A stretch of 64,000 bases of DNA from Alphaproteobacteria bacterium (GTDB lineage: Bacteria; Pseudomonadota; Alphaproteobacteria; CACIAM-22H2), in NCBI GenBank assembly GCA_035506575.1, contig DATJPD010000082.1, positions 18,566-82,565 of the forward strand, read 5' to 3'. Below the pieces are notes generated by a model. The model did no database searches. It was not told the DNA's origin and saw only the letters and a list, made by a program, of their open reading frames with translations. The number at the start of each line of letters is the position of its first letter. Position 1 is the stretch's first letter. A program made the position numbers and the translations under genes. Below are positions 9,008 through 17,227 of the stretch, piece by piece.

Positions 9008-10138
9008 ATGACCACCAAGAAGATCACCCAGTTCCTCGCCGAGCGACGACCGCAGACCCCCTGCCTGGTCATCGACCTCGACGTGGTCGCGGACAACTAC
9101 AAGAAGCTGCGTGCGGCTGTGCCGCAGGCCGGCATCTACTATGCCGTCAAGGCGAATCCGGCGCCGGAGATCCTGAAGCTCCTGGCGAAGGTCGGCTCGA
9201 ACTTCGACACCGCGAGCATCAACGAGATCGACATGGTGCTGGCGAGCGGCGCCGGCGCCGACCGCATCTCGTACGGCAACACGATCAAGAAGAAGAGCGA
9301 CATCGCCGCCGCCTATGAGCGCGGCGTGCGGCTCTACGCGTTCGATTCCGCGGGCGAGCTCGACAAGCTGTCCGCGGTCGCCCCCGGCTCGCGCGTGTTC
9401 TGCCGCATCCTCACCTCCGGCGCCAACGCCGACTGGCCGCTGTCGCGGAAGTTCGGCTGCGATGTCGGCATGGCCAAGAAGCTCCTGCTCGAAGCCGCCA
9501 CGCGCAACGTCGTGCCCTATGGCGTGTCGTTCCATGTCGGCTCGCAGCAGCGCGACCCCGCGCAGTGGGACGCCGCGGTGGCGCAGGCTGCCTGGCTGTT
9601 CCGCGAGTGCGAGGAGAACGGCGTGCAGCTGACGATGCTCAACATCGGCGGCGGCTTTCCGACGCGCTACCGGCGGAACATCCCGGCGATGCAGGCCTAC
9701 GGCGCTGCGATCGACGAGAGCCTGCGCCGGCACTTCGGCAACCGGATCCCCGACGTGATCGTCGAGCCCGGCCGCCAGATGGTGGGCAGCGCCGGCGTGA
9801 TCCAGACCGAGGTCGTGCTGATCTCGAAGAAGGCGGAGAGCGACCGCAAGCGCTGGGTCTATCTCGACATCGGCAAGTTCGGCGGCCTCGCCGAGACGAT
9901 GGACGAGGCGATCCAGTACCCGATCTCCTCCGAGCGCAAAGGGGCGACCGGCCCCGTGGTGCTCGCGGGACCGACCTGCGATTCGGCCGACATCCTCTAC
10001 GAGAAGGCGGATTACCGGCTGCCCGAGGACCTCGAGATCGGCGACAAGCTCGAGATCCGCTCGGCCGGCGCCTACACCACGACCTACGCCGCGGTCGCCT
10101 TCAACGGCTTCGAGCCGTTGAAGACCTACTGCGTCTGA
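9008..10138 (+). CDS. Ornithine (or lysine/ornithine) decarboxylase, alanine-racemase-fold PLP enzyme
   Basis: 376 aa with the PLP-lysine motif YAVKANP, the glycine loop NIGGGFP and the C-terminal GPTCDSAD motif. It starts 29 nt after hss. Confidence 0.9.
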   Translation: MTTKKITQFLAERRPQTPCLVIDLDVVADNYKKLRAAVPQAGIYYAVKANPAPEILKLLAKVGSNFDTASINEIDMVLASGAGADRISYGNTIKKKSDIAAAYERGVRLYAFDSAGELDKLSAVAPGSRVFCRILTSGANADWPLSRKFGCDVGMAKKLLLEAATRNVVPYGVSFHVGSQQRDPAQWDAAVAQAAWLFRECEENGVQLTMLNIGGGFPTRYRRNIPAMQAYGAAIDESLRRHFGNRIPDVIVEPGRQMVGSAGVIQTEVVLISKKAESDRKRWVYLDIGKFGGLAETMDEAIQYPISSERKGATGPVVLAGPTCDSADILYEKADYRLPEDLEIGDKLEIRSAGAYTTTYAAVAFNGFEPLKTYCV

Positions 10139-10143
10139 CGTCG

Positions 10144-10641
10144 ATGGTCACGTATGCGGTGGAGCGGGACGAACACGGTCCCGCCATCGAACGGCTGCTC
10201 GACTCCGCGTTCGGCGAGGCGCGCTGGCACAAGACCAGCCAGCGCGTCCGCGCCGGCCGCGCGCCCGTGCGCGAGCTCAGCCTCGTGGCCCTCGACGGCC
10301 AGGAGCTGGTCGGCACCGTGCGGCTGTGGCGCATCGCGGCCGGCAAGCGCCGCAAGCCCGCGCTGCTGCTGGGGCCGCTCGCCGTGGATGCACGCTTTCG
10401 CGAGCACGGCATCGGCGGCAGCCTGATGACCGAAGCGCTGGCGCGCGCCCGTGCCGCGGGCGAGCCGGCGGTGCTGCTGGTGGGCGATGAGCCTTATTAC
10501 GGCCGCTTCGGTTTCCGCGCCGACAAGACCGGCGGGTTGTGGCTGCCAGGCCCGGTCGACCGGCGGCGCTTCCTCGCCTGCGAGCTGTCACCCGAAGCCC
10601 TGAAGGACATCACAGGACCGGTCCTGCCGGTCGCCGCGTAG
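10144..10641 (+). CDS. GNAT-family N-acetyltransferase
   Basis: In-frame ATG at 10144 inside ORF 9565..10641 (MVTYAVERDEHGPAIERLL...). The acetyl-CoA motif region is RFREHGIGGSLMTEAL. It starts 5 nt after the odc stop. Confidence 0.8.
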   Translation: MVTYAVERDEHGPAIERLLDSAFGEARWHKTSQRVRAGRAPVRELSLVALDGQELVGTVRLWRIAAGKRRKPALLLGPLAVDARFREHGIGGSLMTEALARARAAGEPAVLLVGDEPYYGRFGFRADKTGGLWLPGPVDRRRFLACELSPEALKDITGPVLPVAA

Positions 10642-10647
10642 GGATGC

Positions 10648-10680
10648 CGTCATGCCCCCACAAAAGCCCGGGGCATGACG
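10648..10680. repeat. REP-like palindromic hairpin (CGTCATGCCCC ... GGGGCATGACG) between convergent genes
   Basis: An 11-bp stem lying between the GNAT stop (10641) and the argC stop (10689). The same arm sequence recurs at ~32597-32626. Confidence 0.6.
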
Positions 10681-10688
10681 AGCAAGCC

Positions 10689-11741
10689 TTACGGGAACAT
10701 CGCTTCCTGAAGCAATCCCGTCGTCTCCGGCAGGCCGTACATCACGTTGAGGTTCTGAATCGCCTGGCCTGAGGCGCCCTTCACCAGGTTGTCCTCCACG
10801 CACAGCACGATCGCGCGGCCCGGGATCCGGTCGGCGAACACGCCGATATGGACGTAGTTCGAGCCGCGCACGTGCCGGGTCGCCGGCGACACGCCCTCGG
10901 CAACCACGCGGACGAACGGCTCAGCCGCGTAACGCCTGGCAAGTGCCGCCCGCAAATCGCCCGCCGTGGCGCCGTTGACCAGCTTCACGTAGATCGACGA
11001 CAGGATGCCGCGGTTCATCGGCATGAGATGGGCCGTGAAGTTCACCACCACCGGCCTGCCGGCGGCCTTCGAGAGCCCCTGCTCGATCTCCGGTGCATGC
11101 CGATGCTTGGCGACACCGTAGGCGTGGATGCCCTCCGATACCTCGCTGAACAGCATCTCCTCTTTCGCCGCGCGCCCGGCCCCGGTCATCCCCGACTTCG
11201 CGTCGATGATGATGTCGCCGGTGTCGATCAGCTTCGCCTCGATCAGCGGGATCAACGGCAACTGCGCGGAGGTCGGGTAGCAGCCGGGATTGGCGACGAG
11301 CCGCGCCTCCTTGACCGCCGGGCGCTCGATCTCGGTGAGGCCGTAGACGGCCTCTTTCTGCAGCTCCACCGCCCGGTGCGCGTGGCCGTACCACTTGGCG
11401 TAGACCTCGACATCGGCGAGCCGGAAATCGGCCGACAGGTCGATCACCTTGAGCCGGCGCGGCAGCTTCGCGATCACCTCCTGGGTGGTCCCGTGCGGCA
11501 GGCCGCAGAACACGACGTCGACGTCGTCCCATTTGGCCTCGTCGATCTTGATCAGCTTGGGCAGGCCCAGGTGGCCGAGATGCGGGAACACCGCCCCCAG
11601 CTCTTGGCCCGCGTGGCGGTCGGCGGTGAGGAGGCGCATCTCCGTCTGCGGGTGACGGGCGAGCAGCCGGATGAGCTCAGCCCCGGTGTAGCCGGACGCG
11701 CCAAGGATACCGACCCGGATCTTGTTCGATGCCGCACTCAT
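10689..11741 (-). CDS. argC: N-acetyl-gamma-glutamyl-phosphate reductase
   Basis: 350 aa. The sequence includes IRVGILGASGYTGAELIRLL and the active-site region ANPGCYPTS. Confidence 0.95.
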   Translation of the reverse strand: MSAASNKIRVGILGASGYTGAELIRLLARHPQTEMRLLTADRHAGQELGAVFPHLGHLGLPKLIKIDEAKWDDVDVVFCGLPHGTTQEVIAKLPRRLKVIDLSADFRLADVEVYAKWYGHAHRAVELQKEAVYGLTEIERPAVKEARLVANPGCYPTSAQLPLIPLIEAKLIDTGDIIIDAKSGMTGAGRAAKEEMLFSEVSEGIHAYGVAKHRHAPEIEQGLSKAAGRPVVVNFTAHLMPMNRGILSSIYVKLVNGATAGDLRAALARRYAAEPFVRVVAEGVSPATRHVRGSNYVHIGVFADRIPGRAIVLCVEDNLVKGASGQAIQNLNVMYGLPETTGLLQEAMFP

Positions 11742-11821
11742 GTTGAGCTCCTCACAGCCATGGTCATGGTCGCAAAAAAAGAGCGTTCCGCAAAGGCCTC
11801 GCAGAGACTAGAAACGTCGGC

Positions 11822-12667
11822 ATGTATGCCGTGGTGACGCCCAATCGCAACCGGCTGGCAACCCTGCAGGAGGTTCTGCCGAGCTGGCAGGCTGCACCCC
11901 TGGTCTCCGAAATCGTCGTGGTCGATTTCGGCAGCGAACGGCCGATCGAGCCCGCCGATTTCGCCGACCAGCGCAAGCTCAAGCTCGTGCGCGTGTCGGG
12001 CACGGACGAGTGGCGCATCGGGCTTGCCCTCAACATCGGCATCGACCACGCGAGGTGCGAGGCGATCTGCAAGCTCGATTCCGACATCGAGATGACCAAC
12101 GCGGCCTGGCTCTCCGGCGTCGACACACAGGCGGCATTCTATCGCGGCCGCTATGACGGTCCCGTGTCGAACGGCCAGGCGATCTTCGCCAAGCGGCACT
12201 GGCAGGCCGTGGGCGGCTACAACGAATGGCTGTCCGGCTACGGCTTCGACGATTCGGATTTCTACATCCGGCTGCGCAAGAGCGGCGTCGAGGAGCGTCG
12301 GATCGATCCGGGGTTCATCGTCGAGCGGCCCCATGCGATCGCCAGCCGCGTCAGCGACAAACTCACCACCGAATTCTTCGAGCTGGCGCCGCCGGATCCG
12401 AAGGGACGCTTGGTGTTCACCTCCAGCCGCAACACCTATCTCGCCTATCTGCGTCCCTGGACCCCGGAGCTGCGGCGCAGCACGACCGTGCGGGCACTTC
12501 CCGGCGGAGTGACCGGCGTCGAGCTCGGTCCCGTGAGCGAGGCTCACCGCAAGGCCGCCGCGTTTGCGAACGTCCTGGGTCTGGTGCGGATGGCCGGGGT
12601 GCCTGAACATGTCGAGCTCTTGAATGCGATGGTGGCGACGTTTCTGGCGGAAGACGGCGGTCTCTAA
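11822..12667 (+). CDS. Glycosyltransferase, GT-A (family 2-like)
   Basis: 281 aa. It has the N-terminal VVTPNRN and VVVDFGS motifs, a DSD (DxD) motif, and a GGYNEWLSGYGFDDSDF segment resembling the GT2/GT7 C-terminal region. Confidence 0.5.
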   Translation: MYAVVTPNRNRLATLQEVLPSWQAAPLVSEIVVVDFGSERPIEPADFADQRKLKLVRVSGTDEWRIGLALNIGIDHARCEAICKLDSDIEMTNAAWLSGVDTQAAFYRGRYDGPVSNGQAIFAKRHWQAVGGYNEWLSGYGFDDSDFYIRLRKSGVEERRIDPGFIVERPHAIASRVSDKLTTEFFELAPPDPKGRLVFTSSRNTYLAYLRPWTPELRRSTTVRALPGGVTGVELGPVSEAHRKAAAFANVLGLVRMAGVPEHVELLNAMVATFLAEDGGL

Positions 12668-12690
12668 ACGGCGGGCTTTAGCCCAACAAA

Positions 12691-12718
12691 AAAGGGCTGG
12701 CGGAACCGCCAGCCCTTT
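12691..12718. terminator. Bidirectional rho-independent terminator between the GT gene and rpsI
   Basis: A 13-bp stem (aaagggctggcgg aa ccgccagcccttt) flanked by an A-run on one side and a T-run on the other. Confidence 0.7.
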
Positions 12719-12742
12719 CTCGTCTCGTATTGTGAGAGACGG

Positions 12743-13300
12743 CTAGCGTTTCGAGAACTGGAAGCTGCGGCGCGCCTTGGCGCGGCCGTACTTCTTGCGC
12801 TCGACCACACGGCTGTCGCGGGTCAGGAAGCCCACCTTCTTGAGCACGGCGCGCAGGCCCGGCTCGTAAAGCGTCAGCGCCTTGCTGATGCCGTGACGCA
12901 CCGCCCCCGCCTGGCCGGACAAGCCGCCGCCGGTGACCGTCGCGACCACGTCGAACTGCTCGCTGCGATTGGCCACCAGGAACGGCTGGCGGATCAGCAT
13001 GCGCAGCACCGGCCGCGCGAAATAGATGTTGCCGTCGCGGCCGTTCACCTGGAAGCCGCCCTTGCCGGGCTTGAGCCACACGCGGGCGACCGCGTTCTTG
13101 CGCTTGCCGGTGGCGTAGGACCGCCCCTGCGCGTCGCGCTGCGGCTCGGGCAGTTCGGCCGCCGGCTGCGCCACCTGCTGGGCAGCACTCGCCATCGCGA
13201 GATCGGCCAGGGTGCGCGTCCGCGTCACCGTCGAGGGCCGCTCGCCGCCCGCCCGATCCGTGCGCGGCCCGCTGCCGCCTCTCGTCGGTCTCTCAGCCAT
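12743..13300 (-). CDS. rpsI: 30S ribosomal protein S9, with a long N-terminal extension
   Basis: 185 aa. The core is [18 protein letters not shown]...[18 protein letters not shown]. The start at 13300 is supported by AAGAGGAG about 10 nt upstream, inside the end of rplM. Confidence 0.9.
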   Translation of the reverse strand: MAERPTRGGSGPRTDRAGGERPSTVTRTRTLADLAMASAAQQVAQPAAELPEPQRDAQGRSYATGKRKNAVARVWLKPGKGGFQVNGRDGNIYFARPVLRMLIRQPFLVANRSEQFDVVATVTGGGLSGQAGAVRHGISKALTLYEPGLRAVLKKVGFLTRDSRVVERKKYGRAKARRSFQFSKR

Positions 13301-13303
13301 CGC

Positions 13304-13777
13304 TTACGCGCTCCTCTTGTTCTTCGGATTCAACTTGGCGAAATCCACGACCTGGGGATTCTGCGCCTCGTGCGGATGCTGGGTCCCGGCATAGACCTTG
13401 AGGTTGCGCATCTGCTTGCGCGCCAGCGGGCTGTCCTTCTTCATCATCCGCTCGACGGCGCGCACGATCAGACGCTCAGGGAACTTGCTGCGCAAGGTCT
13501 CCTGCGGCGTCTGCTCCTTGACGCCGCCGGGATGGCCGGTGTGCCAGTAGAACACCCGGTCGGTGATCTTGCGGCCGGTGATCCGCACCTTCTCGGCGTT
13601 GATCACCACCACGTTGTCGCCGCAATCGACGTGCGGCGTGAAATTCGTCCGGTGCTTGCCCTTGAGGCGGAGTGCCAGGAACGAGGCGAGACGGCCCAGC
13701 ACGACGCCATCGGCATCCACCAGGATCCATTTCTTGCCCTTCGCCGCCGCGGCCGGCGTCAACGAAACGGTCGACAT
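13304..13777 (-). CDS. rplM: 50S ribosomal protein L13
   Basis: ORF 13304..13813 trimmed to [32 protein letters not shown]..., a canonical L13 N-terminus. Confidence 0.95.
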   Translation of the reverse strand: MSTVSLTPAAAAKGKKWILVDADGVVLGRLASFLALRLKGKHRTNFTPHVDCGDNVVVINAEKVRITGRKITDRVFYWHTGHPGGVKEQTPQETLRSKFPERLIVRAVERMMKKDSPLARKQMRNLKVYAGTQHPHEAQNPQVVDFAKLNPKNKRSA

Positions 13778-13833
13778 GACTTCATCCCAAATAAGGAACG
13801 GCGGACCACGCACGGGTCCGCCGAAGGTGGCGG

Positions 13834-13862
13834 ACTATCGTTCGTGGTGGCTCACCTGTCAA
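13834..13862 (-). promoter_or_regulatory. Candidate sigma70-type promoter of rplM-rpsI
   Basis: The minus strand reads TTGACA, 17 nt, GATAGT, about 55 nt upstream of the rplM ATG. A leader hairpin (gtccgcc-gaaggt-ggcggac) follows at ~13816-13835. Confidence 0.45.
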
Positions 13863-13937
13863 GCAAAGAATTGCAGCACAAATCAGCAGTTTGCGATTAC
13901 GGTATTATATAACCGCATGCGCAGACGATTGGAATTA

Positions 13938-14420
13938 TTACTTTCTTTGCTCGGGCGGGGGGATCGAATAGGTGCCGGTGACGTGTGCGACCGGCTCGTC
14001 CTCACCTTCCGAATAGAGCGTGACCTCGAGCACGGCCAGCCGCTTGCCAAGCTTGAGGCAGCGACCCTCTGCGATCACGTCCGCCTCGCCCGGCTTGCGC
14101 AGGAAATTGATGTTGAGGTTCGTCGTCACCGCAAGCTCGACCGGGCCGATCTGGCTCAACACGACCAGGTACATCACGAAATCGGCGAGCCCCATCAGCG
14201 CCGGCCCCGCGACCGTGCCTCCGGGCCGGATGAGGTCGCGCCGGAACGGCATACGGGTCAGGCAGCGTCCGTACTCGAGCGTCTCGACGCGCAGGCCAAG
14301 AAGGGCTGCGAGCGGCAGGCTCTCGCGCACGATGCGCTCGACATCGGCGATGGACACGTGGCTTGGCCGTGGTGGGCTCTGGCGCGGCGCTGGGTTCACG
14401 CTTGAATCCTCGTTGGACAT
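13938..14420 (-). CDS. PaaI-family hotdog-fold thioesterase
   Basis: ORF 13938..14756 trimmed to MSNEDSS (160 aa). It has the typical PaaI segment RPGGTVAGPALMGLADFVMY and NLNINFLRKP. Confidence 0.8.
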   Translation of the reverse strand: MSNEDSSVNPAPRQSPPRPSHVSIADVERIVRESLPLAALLGLRVETLEYGRCLTRMPFRRDLIRPGGTVAGPALMGLADFVMYLVVLSQIGPVELAVTTNLNINFLRKPGEADVIAEGRCLKLGKRLAVLEVTLYSEGEDEPVAHVTGTYSIPPPEQRK

Positions 14421-14480
14421 GACCGCAAATACAGGCAGCGGCGATGCCCCGCAAGGTCTCGTCGCCGGATCTGCGAGGAG

Positions 14481-15284
14481 ATGCACATGACCACCGCCGC
14501 TCCGACCGAACCGCTCGTGCTGCGCCAGGATCGCGACGGTGTGGCAACTCTGACCCTGAACCGGCCGGCGCAGCGGAACGCCCTCTCCGTGGCGTTGATG
14601 GGTGCCTTGCAGGCGGAGCTCGACCGCATCAAGGACGACCGGGCCGTGAAAGTGATTGTGATCGCGGGAGCGGGTCCCGGGTTCTGCGGCGGTCACGACC
14701 TCAAGGAGATGCGAGCCAATCCCGGGCGCCAGGCCTACGAGGCGCTGTTCGCCCAATGCTCACGCCTCATGCTGTCGATCGTCCGCCTGCCCAAGCCGGT
14801 GATCGCGCGCGTGCATGCGGTCGCGGCCGCGGCGGGATGCCAGCTGGTCGCGACCTGCGATCTTGCCGTCGCCGCCGAGAGCGCCCGATTTGCGGTCAAC
14901 GGCGTCAACATCGGTCTGTTCTGCTCCACCCCCATGGTGGCCCTCACGCGCGCCATTCCGCGCAAGCCGGCGATGGAGATGCTGCTGACGGGCGAGCTCA
15001 TCGATGCCCGCACTGCACTCGCCTATGGGCTGGTGAACCGCGTCGTAGCCGATGACCAGCTTGATGCGGCGGTGGCCGAGCTTGCGGCAAAAATCGTCGC
15101 CAAGTCGCCCTACGCGCTCGCGATCGGCAAGGAGGCGTTCTACCGCCAGGCCGAGCTCGGGCTCGAGGACGCCTATGCCTATGCGAGCCAGGTGATGACG
15201 ACCAACATGCTGGCGCGCGACGCCGAGGCCGGCATCGATGCGTTCATCGCCAAGCGGCCGATGCCCGACTGGCAGGGGCGTTGA
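14481..15284 (+). CDS. Enoyl-CoA hydratase/isomerase family protein
   Basis: 267 aa with the crotonase signature LTLNRPAQRNALS ... VIVIAGAGPGFCGGHDLKEM. Confidence 0.9.
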   Translation: MHMTTAAPTEPLVLRQDRDGVATLTLNRPAQRNALSVALMGALQAELDRIKDDRAVKVIVIAGAGPGFCGGHDLKEMRANPGRQAYEALFAQCSRLMLSIVRLPKPVIARVHAVAAAAGCQLVATCDLAVAAESARFAVNGVNIGLFCSTPMVALTRAIPRKPAMEMLLTGELIDARTALAYGLVNRVVADDQLDAAVAELAAKIVAKSPYALAIGKEAFYRQAELGLEDAYAYASQVMTTNMLARDAEAGIDAFIAKRPMPDWQGR

Positions 15285-15311
15285 CGGCACCGCGCAGAGG
15301 CGTCGCTTGAT

Positions 15312-15333
15312 TTTGGTGCGAAAACGCACCAAA
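15312..15333 (+). terminator. Hairpin after the enoyl-CoA hydratase gene (weak terminator candidate)
   Basis: A 9-bp stem (tttggtgcg aaaa cgcaccaaa) 28 nt after the stop. There is no clear T-run. Confidence 0.35.
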
Positions 15334-15431
15334 TCTTAACCAGTGTTAACATAAGATAACTGCCGTCGAGTCGAGGGCGCGGCGACCGGAGGGGCACCGG
15401 CGCCGCACGCACTACGCGGGAAGACTTAATT

Positions 15432-16715
15432 ATGCCCGATCGCAGAGTCCTGCTGACCCCCGCCGGGCGCGCATCGCGCCAGATCATTCGTCAGGCGTTG
15501 TCGCAGGACGAGCTCAACCGCGCCGCCCAGCTCCACGACGATTTCGTCAATTCGCGCCGCGGCGGCCAGCGCATGAGCTTCTCCGGCCGCGACCTGTCGC
15601 TGTTGAATCTGTCCGGGCTCAACCTCCAGGGCGCCGTGTTCACCGGCTCGGCCTTCTTCAACACCAATCTCTCGAATGCGGTCCTGGACTCGACCATCCT
15701 GTTCGGCTGCGACCTGAGCGATGCCAACCTCCAGGGCGCGTCGTTGCGCGATGCCGATCTGCGGGGCGCCTGCTTCCGCCGCACCAATCTTTCGGGCGCC
15801 AACCTGTCGGGCGCCGACCTGCGCGAAGGCCGCCTCGCGCACCGCGACCGTGACAAAGGCTTCAAGGAAGTCGTGTTCGATGAGGTCGACGCGGCAAACA
15901 TGGAGGGCGCCAATCTCACCAGCGCCAATCTGTCGCTGGCGCGCCTTGCCGCCACGGTGGCCGACCGCGCCGACTTCACCGATGCCAACATGCGCGGCTG
16001 CAAGCTGCCGCGCGCCAATCTCAAACGCGCCATCCTGCGCGGTGCCGATCTCTCGCACGCCGATCTGAGCGGCGCCAATTTGCGGGGCGCCAACCTGCGT
16101 TATGCCGTGCTCATGGGCGCCAGCCTCGCGCACGCGGACACGGCGGAAGCCGACATGACGGGCGTGCTCACCGACGCTCCGGTCGGAAAGCCGATCAGCG
16201 CCCTTCCCCGCCCGCTCGACGCGCTGCTTGCCGACCACGACCGCTTCGTCCGCTCGGCCGGCGCCGAAGGTCGGGCCCTCGACCTCTCGGGCTTCGACCT
16301 GCGCAATGCGCCGGTCCTCACCCGCTTCTCGCTCGCCACGCTGAAGGCAAAAGGGGCCGTCTTCTACGGTCTCGACCTGCAGAACGTCCGCATGCAGGCC
16401 GCCCAGCTCGAAGGAGCGGATTTCCGCTCCTGCCGGCTGGCGGGTGCCGACATGCGCGGCGCCAATCTCACGGAAGCGCTGCTGTCGCACGCCGACTTGC
16501 GCGACAGCGACTTCAGCGCCATCCTCGTGCGTGAGACCATGGCCGTGCCGACCAAGCTGATCCAGGCCGAGTTGCGCGGTGCCGATCTGCGCGGCGCCAA
16601 TCTCTCGGGCGTTAACCTGCGTGGCGCCGACCTCACCGGGGCGCGCCTCGAGGGTGCGAAGCTCGAGAATGCCGATCTCGCGCATGCGGTCGGCGTGCCG
16701 GAGGGGCTCAAGTGA
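15432..16715 (+). CDS. Pentapeptide-repeat protein
   Basis: 427 aa. After a ~50-aa unique N-terminus there are three blocks of A(D/N)LxG-type pentapeptides (ANLSGANLSGADLREG, ADLSHADLSGANLRGANLRYA, and others). Confidence 0.9.
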   Translation: MPDRRVLLTPAGRASRQIIRQALSQDELNRAAQLHDDFVNSRRGGQRMSFSGRDLSLLNLSGLNLQGAVFTGSAFFNTNLSNAVLDSTILFGCDLSDANLQGASLRDADLRGACFRRTNLSGANLSGADLREGRLAHRDRDKGFKEVVFDEVDAANMEGANLTSANLSLARLAATVADRADFTDANMRGCKLPRANLKRAILRGADLSHADLSGANLRGANLRYAVLMGASLAHADTAEADMTGVLTDAPVGKPISALPRPLDALLADHDRFVRSAGAEGRALDLSGFDLRNAPVLTRFSLATLKAKGAVFYGLDLQNVRMQAAQLEGADFRSCRLAGADMRGANLTEALLSHADLRDSDFSAILVRETMAVPTKLIQAELRGADLRGANLSGVNLRGADLTGARLEGAKLENADLAHAVGVPEGLK

Positions 16716-17227
16716 CGGCGACTGCGGCGGCCGCACCCGACCACGACGCCTACACGGACGACTACATCCGCGGCATCCTGCGGCGCGTGCGCACGATCGC
16801 CATGGTCGGGGCCAGTCCGAACTGGAACCGGCCGAGCTACTTCGCGATGAAGTACCTGCAACACAAGGGCTACCGGGTGATCCCGGTGAACCCGGTCGCG
16901 GCCGGCCAATCCATCCTCGGCGAGAAGGTCTACGCGACCCTGAAGGACATCCCAGACCCGGTCGACATGGTCGATATCTTCCGCAACTCCGACGCCGCCG
17001 GTCCGATCACCGACGAGGCGATCGCCATCGGCGCCAAGGTGGTGTGGATGCAGCTCGGCGTGCGCAACGATGCCGCCAAAGACCGCGCCGAGGCGGCGGG
17101 GCTCACGGTCGTGATGAACCGCTGCCCCAAGATCGAATACGGCCGCCTCCACGGCGAGCTGTCGTGGAGCGGCATCAACTCCGGCATCATTTCGGCCAAG
17201 CGCCCGCGGCTGATGCGGGTGAGCTGA
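16712..17227 (+). CDS. CoA-binding domain protein (YccU/YneT-like)
   Basis: 171 aa with the motifs TIAMVGASPNWNRPSYF and GYRVIPVNP. The GTG start overlaps the pentapeptide gene stop (GTGA). Confidence 0.85.
   Translation: MTATAAAAPDHDAYTDDYIRGILRRVRTIAMVGASPNWNRPSYFAMKYLQHKGYRVIPVNPVAAGQSILGEKVYATLKDIPDPVDMVDIFRNSDAAGPITDEAIAIGAKVVWMQLGVRNDAAKDRAEAAGLTVVMNRCPKIEYGRLHGELSWSGINSGIISAKRPRLMRVS

Noticed and set aside
15426-16736. 436-aa minus-strand ORF, and apparent short tandem periodicity in the DNA at 15.5-16.7 kb
   Set aside because: The periodicity is the 15-nt coding repeat of the + strand pentapeptide-repeat gene. It is not a CRISPR or satellite array, since there are no spacer/repeat units of 25-40 nt. 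The antisense ORF is a mirror artefact.
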